Assembly (NCBI GenBank): GCA_030248215.1
Contig: JASANG010003005.1
Span: forward strand, 124,001 to 188,000
Source of the DNA: Enoplolaimus lenunculus
Lineage: Eukaryota
Length of the DNA: 64,000 nt
Direction of reading: 5' to 3'
Position numbers and translations under genes: made by a program. The notes under the pieces were generated by a model that saw only the letters and a list, made by a program, of their open reading frames with translations, was not told where the DNA came from and searched no databases. Shown piece after piece: positions 47,301 to 60,843 of the stretch (its first letter is position 1; every line of letters begins with the position of its first letter).

Positions 47301-50300
47301 ACATAGTCCGTATATTGTGGCGCACTGCATTTTGTTTTCTTGCCACGTTCGTCGATCCATGTATATACACTAAAATAATAAACAACACAGTTTTATAGAA
47401 GTGTCATTGTTCCTTAGTTCCTTATCTCACTTTTTGGCTCTTGTACAAACTTTCGCGACGAAGGTGAAATTTCCCAGCGAAGAGAAGGCTTAGGGTTGCG
47501 CTATATACTTTATTGAGACGGACGCCAGCGCGAGACGCCGCCACGCGGTAATTTTTAATAAATCTTTTATAGAGTCGCGCGCCGCCGTCCATCAAAATTG
47601 TGTCGCCTGCCGGCGCGCGGCGACTTCCGGCGGCGCGCAGCGACTTCCGGCGGTACGCAGCGAGTATAATTGCAATAATACACGTTAGAAGCGATAAAAA
47701 TTACGATTCCGGTTGGTTGCAGAACCGGAACTAGATTTTAAGAAGAATTCGAATCGGATTCGGAATCCTTGTTGCACCCTGATAGTGCCCAACGGCTTTG
47801 CCAGGTGAGGTTTTACGAACGAAACTCCACCGTTTAGATTTTTGTCCACGAATTCTATGCTTTTCGTTAGTTGGTAACACAAGAACACACCCCAAAATTT
47901 GTATAGGACGTCACATGACCCCATTCTAAAGTCAAAGCTACATACAGTAGGCATATGATGTGGGCTATTTTCTGTCACATTATATCCAACAATATATACT
48001 GAATTTGGAAAAATAAAAAATCAAAGCAACACACAGCTGTTTGAATAATTCACGCACAGTTTAACCAATTCTACGAAATGACAGCTGATAAAATGCGATC
48101 AACAATTCGCTTTCAAGTTGATTTTCATACAAGACCAATTGGCAATGGCCATCCAATAGAAACACGAAGACCTGACCCCTCGACCAATAGGGATTAAAAT
48201 CAACCCTTCGACCAATAGGGATTAAAATCAACCCTTCGATCAATAGGGATTAAAATCAACCCTTCGATTAATAGGGATTAAAATCAACCCTTCGACCAAT
48301 ACGGATTAAAATCGAAAATTTTGTATTAAGATTTAGTTCTAATTTGTTTTGTCGCCCAATGAAAACGACATATATCTCTATTTGACTTTCAACACCCTAG
48401 TGTTAATTTGATAGAAGGCAACCAGTGTCATTGCTGTTGACATTACAATTCTTCTAAGGCTATGCCTGTTATATTATTGCAATCACTAAGTATATAAAAG
48501 GATAGTTTTTATGGAAGAGTAAACCAGAACCGATCCTACAGATAATGAGGCTCATGCTACTTTTAGGACCGACCCAGTTTCTGGTGGGTCTGTAAAAGGG
48601 TAGGCTTACATTCTAGACTACATTTTTTTTGTTTAGGCTTACACTTAGGAATACGTTTTGCAGCGCTTAGGCTTAGGCTTAAGAATATCAAGGATGGGCA
48701 GTTTTGGTTAACAACAGATACCAATTTTTAGCTATGACCGTAAAAAATTAACATTTTCAAAAATAAATTATTTTTATACTTCTTTCGTTGTTTTGTTTTG
48801 CGTTTTTCATAGTTTTATTATTGTGTGTTTTTTCAAAATATCTGCGTATAATTATAGCGTAACTACGAAAATTCATAGATTAGCAGCGAAATTGTATTTA
48901 CGTATCAGACATCACTTATTTCAACAATACAGCCATACATTCGGTGAATCCTCGACTTCGCGTTTGGGTTTCAAACCACCGAGACTTACCAAAAAACCAA
49001 GAGCGAGACTCCTATGCCTGATAAATATTTGCAAACAAATATCGTTTTCGAAACCGGCTCCCCATGAATACATAATCAATAATAACCATATTCATTTGAC
49101 AAACATTCCCTGATTACCCACATTTATCACACATAATATGAATATGCAATATGCATGCATTACAAACAAAACCAATATATTTTGTGGTATACCATAGGAT
49201 TACTGGCCCATGTACAGTACAGGGCCGGAACAATAGCATGAGCATATTCCTAAGCCTAAGCCTAAGCGTATGAATGAGCCTATTCCTAAGCCTAAGCCTA
49301 TGAATGAGCCTATTCCTAAGCCTAAGCCTAAGCTAAAAAATTAGTCTAAAGCTTAAACTGACTCTATTATAGCCCCTCCGGAAACCGATCCGGCCCGGTT
49401 CTATACATAAAATCATTTTGACAGACCAGAAAAATTAAAGCGACAAACGAGAACGATGAGTACACCACTGGGCTATAAAGCAAGCCATCAGTGCTACTAT
49501 TTCCAGTTATTTCTCGGCACTTTTCAGAGTTTTTCAGGACTTTTTTTAGACCTTTTCTTTTTTACATTCAAGCTTTCTCAGGGCTGCGGCCACCCAGCCA
49601 GCAGGCAGGGTGCGACCGGAATTACAATTTACCGCAACCGGAATTTGAAAAAAATACCGGAACCGGACAAATGAAAAATACATACCACCGAAAAATTCAT
49701 TTTAATTGTCTTTTTTTGCAATATTGTTGGTGAATTAACCTTAGTTGAACATAGGTATTCACTTTATCTGATGTAGTTTAGATTTTCATAATCCACGAAA
49801 GCCTAATAACCTTCGACGGTTCATTTTCAGCGATTGTCAAGATTTATATACTATACGAATGAAATCTATTAAATGTTTATCGTCATTTTTTAGTAAAATG
49901 TCTTAATTTGCACCTACCAAATTTTAATTCCGGAATTTTTAATTTCGGTAAAATTTTTTGCCGGAAACGGAAATTGAAAAAATGTCGGAACCAGAGCCGG
50001 AATTCCGGTCGCACCCTGCAAGGCAGATATGTCGCAAGCAAAAAATTCACTGACCAACAGATTTGTTGGCTCATTTTGTTTTCCACTGTTTTAGAAATTT
50101 TCACACGTGACGTCACAGTTTTGCTTCCCACTTCTGTTCAAACAACTCAATCAGTATTAATATTAAATTAGTTTTCAGTACGAAACGTAATAGACAACAA
50201 AAACTAACAACAAGCATATTAGTTTCCATTTTATAAATAGAAAAAATCGGACATAATACGGTACTACACAAACTTATACATAATCCCTAACCAACTAAAG

Positions 50301-53300
50301 CAGAATTTTGTATCCAGAAGCTACTTACATGGCCCACGCGTTACAAACAGTTTCATCTTATAATTTTCAAACAAAATTCGACGTAAAACCCAAAACCATT
50401 AATCAGGATGCAAAGCGAAACTGAATTTTATACTGGAATCGGAACAACAAATTTATACCGGAATCGGAACTACAAAATTTGTTACTATACGGATAATTTG
50501 TATTTACAAGTATAATATTGATTTAGGATGTCTGTTGGCTGGCAACAATTCTCAAAAACGTCGCATGAACACAACGGCAATCTATTCGGGCTCTGTAAAT
50601 ATAAACTACAATCAATTATTGATACGTTAACTCATCGAAAACAAATTAATAGATACATGATGATGAATTTTTATACAACATATCACAACAAGTAGGCCTA
50701 AAATTAAAATGTGGAAATTTCGATTCCGATTGATTGTGCAATCGGAATCGGAATCGGAATTCCAATTGGACGAATTTCCGATTGCACCCTGCGCCTTAAT
50801 CAATCAGGACTCAAAATTACGGGTTTTCTATACTCCCTTCCCCCATCCGAAGTTAAAGCCTAGGGTTAGACAAAGGCTTATCAAGGTTGTAGCTTGGGTA
50901 TATTTTTTCTTCACCTATATAAGATTAATCCTGAGTCTAAGCCGAAACCTGAAGGTGGCAAATGTACAAAGCCAAAACAACAATGAAACCAGGGTGGCAC
51001 CGAATCCACGATTTGACCGAATCCGAATCCAGTGCTAATTTGCCGAATCCGAAACCGAATCCTGCATGTTGCCAATTTCAGATATATTTATACTTTGTTT
51101 CAGAATATCAACGCAATGCCAGCCGTATAACTTTTAATACGTTAATATATTTCGTCCCGACGGCAGTTCTGAAATTTCTCACCTGAAATGAAAAATATTG
51201 ATTTTTATAGCAAGGTATTTACAAATTTTATTGCTTAAAAATGAAAAAACATATTGCCAAACTTTGTTGGATTCGGCTTTTGGATTCGGCTTTTCCACAA
51301 CCGAATACGAACCTCAAATTTTTGCCGAATCCGAATCCAAACCTTTGTTGCCACCCTGGATGAAACTGCCTATGAACCGCTCCCTCAGTCAATACACACA
51401 AACACCGCCCACATAACGTCTTTCAGTCATCATCAAACACTATGCATGTACGTCTATATACTTTGTGCTTTGTACTAAATATAGCATATTCTTCAAAGCC
51501 AGGTATATCCAAAGGGGCTCAGCCGAACCCTCCATGGTTCACTAAACAATTTTTCTTACACGTCGAAAATTAGTGTGAAACCATGAAATTTGTCGCTGTA
51601 AAGGCTGATTTATTCGCTTCTGGACCCCACACTTGTACTGCCAGCGACCGAATACGCCGGCGGCATTCACGTTTTGAACTAAACATAGAACAGCTTCTGT
51701 GCTAATAATCACAATCGTCACACGTTCAATGCGCGTGAAAGCCATGAAAAGCGAACACACACCATTAGCACCACAACGTCACCTTTGTCATGGTCACGTC
51801 ATACATTATCAAATCATGTATTATAGGCTTTCAAACCACGAACGATGTGTCCGTTATAACGCAAACAAAATTCTATAGATTTAAATTATTCATGTTATAG
51901 TAGTGTATACCTTTCGCTCACAAGCCAGCATACCCTTTTAGCCACAGGTTGTCCAGGACTCGGCCTGGAAATGCGTGCCTTTAACATGTTACGCTTGCTG
52001 AGAAAAGTAAATTGCATTTTCGTTTTAACCATTATGACGTTTTACTTAGTAACCTTTTCCGGCTCATGTACACTGTTCAACCACGACACGCTCTTAAACT
52101 TAGACTTTGGCTCAAGTAATGACTCAAGCTTAGGAAAACGCTCACATAAGCTTTCGCCTAAACGAACCATAGTATACGTACCATTGCATCAGCTTTTAAC
52201 CTTTAGCCAAGCTTTAATCTTAAATGTGATGGACGTGTAAAAGAATCATTTTTTCAACGCGGACACGTGAATCTAAGCATTATCGCGAAATCGAAATTTG
52301 CCCCAAAAAATGGTGAAGACTTTCTGAAAACAACAGGGTCATGACCCAACCAGATTTAACCAAAACCAAAACAGAACCTAAAATAGAAACCAAATTTTCT
52401 ACAGGAACCGGGCAAGGATCGACCGGATACTAATTTTACCGAACACCGGAACTGGAACCAGATGTTAACCGGATATAGGATATAAGTTTGTGCACTGTTG
52501 AAAGTATTTGAGTCGTGTAAACATATGTATTGATTGATTTAAGATTAATTTATGGCTTGGGTTTTCCATCCCATGTCAGTGTCCAGTGTTGACTTGCTCG
52601 GAATTGCACTCGCTGCAAAATATCTACGATTTCGACATGTAAAAGCAGATTTGGAATCACAACCGCAAATAACCGGTATTTGGCCTATGCATAGCTTAGT
52701 GCCCTAACACAATTATTAACCAATTCCTAAGGTTAAGGTTAAGCCTCAGCGTAAGGATACGCCTAAGACTAAGCTTAGGCGAACGCGTACGCCTAAGCAG
52801 AAAAGTAAGACCAAAGCTTAAGCTTACTCTATTGCAGTCTGCGAAAAAAAACCAACCCACCCTTCGTCTCAAGATATGTACTTAATTTTCAACAAACCCA
52901 ACTTACAAATTCCTTGGACCCGTCATTGCTGGACACGTATCACTTGTACAGAATTGACACACCATGGATGCGTGCAGAAGGTTTATATTGTTGAAAAACG
53001 CCAGTGCTGCAAAAAAGGTTTTAAACTTCAAAAGCGAACCGGATAAAGCTACTTCTGATTGCGCATCAGCTGCTGTTAAATACTACAACGCCCCACACTA
53101 TTATTCCCTCACTACAAGTTACTATTATTCTCTTACCACAAAGCACCACACTATTATCCTTTTAGTACAAATCCCGCACTATTGTTCTCGTACTACAAGC
53201 CCCGTAGCATTATTCTACTGCAATTTCTCCGCTATATTAATCGTACATTCTTTCAATTGCTACTTGGCCTACGCTGAACTACTACTATTTGATCAAAATA

Positions 53301-53708
53301 CAAAATTAGCCTAGACCAACACTAGTAATTAAACTTGAATAGCAGATTGGCTCGCGACAAATCCAATATTCTACAAACACACTACAACGACAGCAACAGC
53401 TCAACATACCGTGTGTCGCCAACCATTCGTCGATGTCAACTTTGACCGGTAATCGTACAATACTCGCAAGTTCTTCTTGATCGATTGTGTCACAGACTCC
53501 CCAGTCGCCTTTACGTCCGGCGGAACCGTGTAGTTTCGCCGCAGCCGCTCCAGCGCTATCAGTCGATGCTGATTTTTTGAGTAGAAGGGACGCCGCTGCC
53601 GTACCGGCACCCGGCGATGGGCAACAGCCGCCACCGAGCAACCGAACATCGTGCATACCGCCAGGGCCTGTGTTCGGATCTTTCGGGTCGCCTTTGCGTC
53701 TTGCCCGC
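44342..53708 (-). CDS. mob2: MOB kinase activator 2 (MOB2 family, NDR/Tricornered partner) with a very long C-terminal extension
   Basis: Minus-strand exons with consistent phases: 53708-53410 (RARRKG...IVRLPVKVDIDEWLATH), 53006-52907 (ALAFFNNINLLHASMVCQFCTSDTCPAMTGP), 47369-47245 (VYTWIDERGKKTKCSAPQYTDYVMSFIESIVRCEESFPTKYG), 46728-44342 (NTFPPNMDTLVKRIFHLLWHVLSHLYVAHW...TGA). The Zn-ligand Cys pair (FCTSDTC) and His pair (HLYVAH) of the MOB fold are present, and DERGKK is MOB2-type. Confidence 0.92.
48177..48312. repeat. Minisatellite, ~5 x 28 bp (CCTTCGACCAATAGGGATTAAAATCAAC), in a MOB2 intron
   Basis: Contiguous direct repeats with no spacers. Confidence 0.9.
48549..48687 (-). mobile_element. 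Truncated telomeric-repeat MITE, subfamily c (MOB2 intron)
   Basis: GGCTCATGCTACTTTTAGG...TTTCTGGTGGGTCTGTAAAAG...GCTTAGGCTTAGGCTTAAG. Confidence 0.65.
49205..49408 (+). mobile_element. Telomeric-repeat MITE, subfamily b (MOB2 intron), right tip missing
   Basis: GGCCCATGTACAGTACAGGGCCGGA...TCCGGCCCGGTTCTATACAT; GCCTAA core. Confidence 0.8.
49606..50018. mobile_element. hAT-like MITE (CAGGGTGC.ACCGGAA family); sister copy at 55787-56212
   Basis: TIR CAGGGTGCGACCGGAATT / AATTCCGGTCGCACCCTG. Confidence 0.82.
50404..50791. mobile_element. hAT-like MITE (TTCCGA-rich family)
   Basis: Reverse complement of 27559-27940; ends CAGGATGCA / TGCACCCTG. Confidence 0.78.
50990..51358. mobile_element. hAT-like MITE (CAGGGTGGCA/CCGAAT family)
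   Basis: CAGGGTGGCA...TGCCACCCTG; TSD aatgaaac/gatgaaac; close copy at 59523-59854. Confidence 0.88.
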
Positions 53709-54050
53709 CTGAAAGTATAAGACAAAACGAGCCGAGATACAGAGTTTTTATTAGTAAATCGAACGCAGTTAGTGTAACTTGGTAGTCTTCTTCATGTCAT
53801 GCAACTTCCACATTAACATGAGTACACAAGAGGTGCTAACTTCGTGGGCGTAGGGTATCCGACTGATACAAACTAAAACCCCAAAAAACTTTGTGTACCC
53901 AGCACACTGAAGCCAAAAAAATTTCAGCATTGTTCATTCAGCTATCAAAAAAAAATTACCTGTTGCACGCATGTTATTGTGGAAGTTGCAATATACACAA
54001 TAATTGTTGCACGACTCGCACAAATGATTTCAACAAGTCGTAGCTATTAC

Positions 54051-54216
54051 GGCCAATGTTACTTTTAGGGGCGTAACAGTAGTTTAAGCGTATTTCTAAG
54101 CGTTGCAAAAGTGTGTTTCTAAGCGTAAGCCTAAGCAAAAAATGTAATCTAGAACCTAAATCCACTCTTTTATAGACCCACCAGAAACCTGGACGCCACT
54201 AAAAGTAACATGGACC
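54051..54216 (+). mobile_element. Telomeric-repeat MITE, subfamily c, followed by a partial internal copy (54225-54296)
   Basis: GGCCAATGTTACTTTTAGGGGCGT / ACGCCACTAAAAGTAACATGGACC; TSD gctattac/gctattag. Confidence 0.85.
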
Positions 54217-55786
54217 GCTATTAGGGCCTAAGCGTTGCAAAAGCGTGTTCCTAAGTCTAAGCCTAAGCAAAAAAATGTAATCTAGAACCTAAATCCATCA
54301 TCTACATTAATTATTGTTTGCCTTGTGAAAAATCCAAATTCAATTCAACAACACTATCTGATTTTTATTATTTCAATTTATGTCGCTATTGGAATGCAAT
54401 CACTTACAAATTCGATATGTTATACATCACCATGTAGATAAATCCGTGAAAGCTCAACGGTCTCTTTTTCATTTTTTTCGTTCAAATCACTGAATTAATC
54501 GAGCAGATGTCGAGTTATTTCGGCAACTTGAATTAAAATGGTACACTAATCCAATTGGCGTACCATGGGATTTCATTCAGTTTACTGTCGAATTAAAAAT
54601 TACTACTCTCATGTTGGCAAATACGATTTAATACAGCGTCAAATATGTCTGTGACCCTGAACGAAAATAAAAACTTTTGTTTACAAACTTCATTAAACAG
54701 CAGAATCGCACAAGATTTGATCCAAAATGAACACAAGACACATACATAAACGATGGAAATATAAGATGAAAGGACTCTCGCGAGCAGGCCGACATTAAAG
54801 GCCAAATGCAAGTTTTTCTATGTAATTTTTAATGTAGGACGGAGTATCCGCATCGGCGCAGCAAAAAATTGCCGATTCGTTGCCGATATTTTTTGCACAT
54901 CACAGTCAGTTGTAATGCTATCAATTTCATTTCTGGGCACATATCAGTGTGTTGGCAGGAAAACTGTCATCTCTCGTGTGTTTGTGTTTCAAAAAATTAA
55001 TTGAAATGAACCGTTGTTATAAAATTATTATCGTTTATGATGGTTAGGGTTTAAGTCTTCATATTATGATGTAATGTAGAATCCTATCTGTTTATTAAGC
55101 ATGATGTACTAAAGTTAGAATCGACTATCGGCATCGGTTCGGCATCGGCAAAATTTCAAAATAAGAATCGGCATCGGTAAAATTTTTGGTATCGGCACAT
55201 CTCTAGTAGGAACCTTATTGTCTTTCATAAGTTTTATTTCTATATCACTAGACCGTAAAAACACACTATCACAGTTATTTTATTTCAAAGTGAGTATTCT
55301 GTTGCTTAGAGTGGGCGTTTGGGGGCGACAACTCCACGTCTTGCTTATTGTCCGTTGAAGTTGTGGGGGTTCGGGTAAGCGACAGCCAACCTGAGAACCC
55401 AATAAAACAGAATTTTTTTACGTAGGGGGTGTTTTCTCTCGTGGGGAAAAGTCAAAACGTCACGAATGTCTTATCTAGCAACTTTGGCGATGTCATTTTC
55501 TTCGTTTTTGGAACAGACACGTAGCAACCACGTGTTGCAAACTGCAGATGCGAGTGGTTTAGAAGTAAATCGCTGAGTTCTGAGCAGAATATAAGCCTTA
55601 AGTTCTATTACAATCTAGTAAAACATAACTGTACAAGAAGCCAGCTTACGGTAGACAATTATCGAGATGTAGAGTAATCTTCAAAGAAAATTTGCGTTAC
55701 CCAGTTTTAAATTGGTCACCACCTCACCCCACCTTGTGCCGTACGCGGATACCCATCTCAATTACATCCCGGAAAATGCCTAACAT

Positions 55787-56212
55787 CAGGGTGCAACAGG
55801 AATTACAATTTACTGGAATCGAAACCGGAATTTGAAAAAATTACCGGAAACGGAACCGGAAAATGAAAAATACATGCCACCAAAAAATTCATTTCTAATT
55901 TTCTTTTTTCTGCATTATTATTGTTGAAATAACCCTTAGTTAGAGATAGGTATTCACTTTATCTGCTGTGTTTTAGATTTTCATAATACACGGAAGCGAA
56001 ATCTACCTTCGATGGTTTATTTTCGGCGATTGTCAAGGTTTATATACCCTACGAATGAAATCGACTTAATTTTTATCGTAATTTGTTAGTAAAATATCTA
56101 AATTTCCACCGACCAAAATTGAATACCAGAATTTTTAATTCCGGCAAAAATTTACCAGAACCGGAAGGTCAAAAATTGTCTGAACCAGAACCGGAATTCC
56201 GGTTGCACCCTG
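55787..56212. mobile_element. hAT-like MITE; right end plus flank tandemly duplicated to ~56370
   Basis: CAGGGTGCAACAGGAATT...AATTCCGGTTGCACCCTG; colinear with 49606-50018. Confidence 0.8.
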
Positions 56213-57424
56213 CCCCATACTGTAACATAGATGCATAAATGTGAGCCCAAATCAAATCGACAGTGTCACGTCAAAAATTGCCGGAACCACAACCGGAATT
56301 GCGGTTACACCCTGCCCCATACTGTAACATAGATGCTTAAATGTGAGCCGAAATCAAATCGACAGTGTGACTGGCTGCTACGTGAATCGTTATTATTAAA
56401 CCCTAAAATGTAGCTAAAACGATAGGAAAAGCATGGCTTCTAAAATCCGTTTGTGTTCAAAGAGTTAAAACATGCTTAATTTATACCAACCAGCGTATTC
56501 TAAATATAGCACAAAAACACACTAAATGTACGGCTAAAACAAGCCTAATGCCGTCAAAGCAAACACTAAATTTGCCCGTTTCGTTACAACATACACACTC
56601 TGAAAGCTTAGCACGGTTAAGTTGACACATCACGATAGAACAATTCACATATAACCAAGTGAGTGCTACAACCTAATCGTACGATTTTTTGGCTTCATTT
56701 GCGTATTTAATATCGATGCAACCTTGGCTCAGGCATCCCAAATGGAAACAAAACAAAGATTTAGTACTTTGTGAACCGTTGCTCTACAGTTCTAAGTCTT
56801 CTAATTTATGCCCAAACTTTTAGAAACGTCCGAAAAACAGCGCAGGATGTATAGAGCGTGCAAGACTCGCCAAATCAACATCAGCTTCATAGTAAAGATG
56901 GATAATTTGAAAAAATCAGTCACAGTTTCCGGCATATTTCTAAACAATAATTTAAAACAAATAATAACTAGAAACATGTGCGTGAATGTTTCGAAAACTG
57001 AAACAAACTAACAGTGTTAATGGAATATTAACCTGACGGCAACAACGCATTCCTTTACACAAATAAACCTTTGCGTTTTATAATATAAATAAATAATTAT
57101 GATCAATAGGCATAGTTGAATCGAGTGTGTCTTGTAATGAGTACAATTTGTAAAAACATGCGAAAAATCAACGTATACTCAGAGGCGAAGACAGAAACAA
57201 ACTAGACGGCTTACAGGTTGGAGTCAACGAAATATACTGACTGAAAACGCAAAGAAAATTAGGTGTATATATATACCAAAACATAACAAGCGACTAAGCG
57301 ACCAATCCCGATGGTACTTTGTGCCAGGCACTCGACTGGTGCTGTCCGACTTGAACGGCTTTCGATTTCCACTGCATCGACGCTTACGTTGAGGTCACTG
57401 ATTAGGTTTATTACAAAGGCTTAC

Positions 57425-57468
57425 CTGCGCCTAAGCGGTAACTTTAAATGTGGGGGTAAAGTGTACAT
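57425..57468 (-). CDS. mob2: Candidate first coding exon of the MOB2 gene (MYTLPPHLKLPLRR)
   Basis: ATG at 57468 (minus strand), 14 codons plus AG, then a strong donor CAG|GTAAGC. The phase 2 end matches the exon starting at 53708, and there is an in-frame stop upstream. No homology support. Confidence 0.4.
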
Positions 57469-58112
57469 AGGCCATAATGTGTACTTCCAGATGTGAAATG
57501 CGTTGGAACATTACTGCTATGTTACCGTATCAGTTAAGTTTCGAACATTCTGGTTATTACGTATCAATGGAAAATTAAGAAATTTGAGGCGGGAAGTGCA
57601 CTATATACATCAGGGTGCGACCGGATCCGAATACCGGATATTCACGGTAACGTCTTTAACATCTTGCGGCGATTACATTTCTGAGTAAATCAAGAAGTTC
57701 AAGTTTTGATACGTTTCAGCGCTACTTTTAACCATCCCGCTACCCTAATGAGCTTCCAAACTAAATATACATCAGGACAAAAAACAACAATCGACTGGTG
57801 TTTTCAAAATTGCATTTATTCCATCAAAGACCAGAAACAGCCACGTCTGCGCGAAAAATATCAAATTACCGCACACACACCACATTGCAGAATTTAGAGA
57901 GTTGCCTGAGAGGCCGCTATTGCCATGACAATGGGCACGTCTGCACTTTAAACTAAAAACGTAAATAGTGTTTTTGGCCGCTAACTAAAATGTATTCGCA
58001 AACCGGAACCGTATTCGCAAACCGGGACCAAAGGAAGCTAAGCAAGAAGCGAATTTTTTTGCTTCTCTCCGTGAATTTATGGTTTAAACTGTTTCAAACC
58101 TTGACTCATTAA

Positions 58113-58911
58113 TAGGGATATGCCGATTAATCGGCATCGGCAATAATCGGCAGTTCTTGGAAGTATCGGCATCGGCACTGGAAAAAAATGCTGACTGTTT
58201 GCCGATACTTTTTTCACATATAACATTCAGTTGGAATGCTATCAGTTTCATTTCTGTGCGCATATCTGGTGTCTGGTCAGGAAAACTGTTCTCTCTTTTG
58301 CGTATGCGTTTCATAAAATTTATTGAAATGAACCGTTCTTATAAATTTCTAATCGTTTATGATGGTTAGGGTTTAAGTTTTCATATAATGATGTAATGTA
58401 GTATCTTTTATCTATTAAGCATGGTGTACTAAAGTTTAACTCGGCATCGTCATCTGCACGCCAGGGTGCAACCGGAATTACAATTTACCGGAACCGAAAC
58501 CGGAATTTGAAAATTTTACCGGAACCGGAAAGTGAAAAATACATTTCACCAAAAATTTCATTTTAATCTTATTTTTTGCTCTATTATTTGTGAAATAACC
58601 TTTGTCGAACATAGGTATTTATTTTATTTGTTGTATTTTAGATTTTCGTCGTCGACTGAAGTGAAATCCACCATCAATGGCTTATATTCGGAGTACAAGT
58701 GGCTTTCAAAAGAGATTCTTAAAAATTAGCAAAGTTAAGAAAACGGCCAAATTATAACACCGGAATTTTTAAATCCGATAAAAATTTACCGGAACCGGAA
58801 GGTGAAAAAATGCCGGAACCGGAATTCCGGTTGCACCCTGCTGCACGCCATCGGCAAAATTTCAAAATCAGAATCGGCACCGGTAAAATTTTTGGTATCG
58901 GCACATTCCTA
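58113..58911. mobile_element. Nested hAT-like MITEs: TAGGGAT family host with a CAGGGTGCAACCGG insert at 58462-58840
   Basis: Outer perfect TSD ctcattaa; inner perfect TSD ctgcacgc. Confidence 0.9.
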
Positions 58912-59522
58912 CTCATTAACACTTATCATGGCATGCTGGCTACACGCTTAAAACAACCATTGGACAACAAATGTATAATCCATGCTCAACCACACTTGCT
59001 CATGCAACAATAATTGTAATGTCCTGCGCCAGCCGCAGCTGATCGCTTCCGCACTGATTCTTTTGACAAAACGTCCGCAATTTAACTTAGTTGGCTTTAA
59101 CAGTGATTTTATATTTATGCTCTTGGTGAATAGTAATCAAAAAATACCAGACAACCAAGACATCAACAAACTAACGGTGTTTTCGTTGCATCAACCAGAT
59201 AGAGACGTCCTCAATTATGAACATATTCGACAACCAGAGTACGACGATCTTATATTAATTTACTACCCGATACCGGATCCGGAGATTGACTTTTTTACCG
59301 GAACAGGATATAGCGTCTAAAACTTGTTGTGCATTGTTTGACGTGCTTGAGTCGCACAAAATACATATTTACTTAATTAGAATTAAGTGTAAGCTTAAAT
59401 TTCTTCACGTTTACTTCAGCATAATTCTAGCCTGGCCCAGAAATACAATTCCACCAAGATATTAAAGACACTCGTATTTAAAAACAGTTTTATAAAATTC
59501 GAAACCACCACCGCATATATAT

Positions 59523-59854
59523 CAGGGTGGCACCGAATCCACGATTTGACCGAATCCGAATCCAGTGCTAATTTGCCGAATCCGAAACCGAATCCTGCAT
59601 GTTGCAAATTTCAGACATATCTATAATTTGTTTCAGAATATCAACGCAATGCCAGCCGTATAACTTTTAATACGTTAATATATTTCGGGTCGACGTCAGT
59701 TCTGAGATTTCTCACCTGAAATAAAAAATATTGATTTTTATAGCAAGGTATTTAAAAATTTTATTTCTTAAAAATGACAAAACATTTTGCCGAACATTGT
59801 TGGATTCGGCTTTTCCACAACCGAATCCGAATCCGAACCTTTGTTGCCACCCTG
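59523..59854. mobile_element. hAT-like MITE (CAGGGTGGCA/CCGAAT family)
   Basis: CAGGGTGGCA...TGCCACCCTG; TSD atatatat/gtatatat. Confidence 0.85.
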
Positions 59855-60672
59855 GTATATATCCGGACGGTTTATACCGGATACCTGACAGAACCGAATA
59901 CGGATATTGGTTTTATGTATGTCGTCGGATATCATACCGGATCCGGACATCTGGACGCACACTGTCGCCAACATGCTCGATGCATTTTCAACGGCATTAA
60001 AACAAGGATATGAAGAATTTGATTGACTCTCCAAAAACCTTCAAACCCGTGCCGTCTCTATTAACGCACCAGGGTTGCGAACGTGAAGGTATCCTGTTAA
60101 CCTTGACTTAACTTATATTAAAAAAATCCACAGAATGATATAAAATTTACTCAAACCGAAACCCACTAATTAGGTTCGTTTTAATACATATAAACACTCC
60201 GTGTACCAAGCCAAAGCTGACCGTTCTGGTAATCAATAACCTACATAATATTGGTCGTAATTTACAACAACCAGATTAGCCAAACCATTTCAGTAAGCTA
60301 ATAAAACACTGTCGGTTTCCAATTTACAGACGTGATAACAATCTACCTACACAGTAGAGTAAAAAAAGCGTGATAAGGTTGAATTTGAGCAGGTCAAAAA
60401 CAACATTTAAATTAGAACCCCCCCCCAAAAAAGAACTCGCACACCATATAATTAAATTTTTGCAACGAAAAATACCGCCCCTACATGACGTGTGTGTGGT
60501 ACGAAATCTTGCTACTAGAGAAATCCTTTTGGATACCAGCTTGTAAGGCCGTATCCTCCCAAATGAAATACCGGCTACGCCACTGGTCCACGCGATCTAT
60601 CCAATTCTACTAACCACAACGGTTACCGTTTTAAGCTTTTTTCTGGTCGTCGCACAAAAAACCTTTTCGTAC

Positions 60673-60843
60673 CGGGTCCGTAGCCAAAGGGGGGCGGGTG
60701 GCCAGGGGGGCGCAACCCCCCTGGAAAAATTGTGCTCCACCCATAGAAAATTTTCAACCTAGCTTGCAAGTCACTAAAAACCCATGAACGCCCCTCCTAA
60801 AAATACTCAGCCCCCCCAGCATGGTGGGCTGGCTACAGGCATG
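60673..60843. mobile_element. GC-rich hAT-like MITE
   Basis: CGGGTCCGTAGCC...GGCTACAGGCATG; TSD tttcgtac/tttcgtgc. Confidence 0.6.

Noticed and set aside
48177..48312. CRISPR-like 28-bp repeats
   Set aside because: The repeats are contiguous with no spacers, lie in a eukaryotic intron, and have no cas genes nearby.
48990..49017. Possible 28-nt minus-strand micro-exon in a MOB2 intron (cag|GCATAGG...TTTTG|gtaagt)
   Set aside because: It would shift the frame between exons 52907 and 47369, which already join in phase with continuous homology. It could only be a poison exon, and there is no evidence for that.
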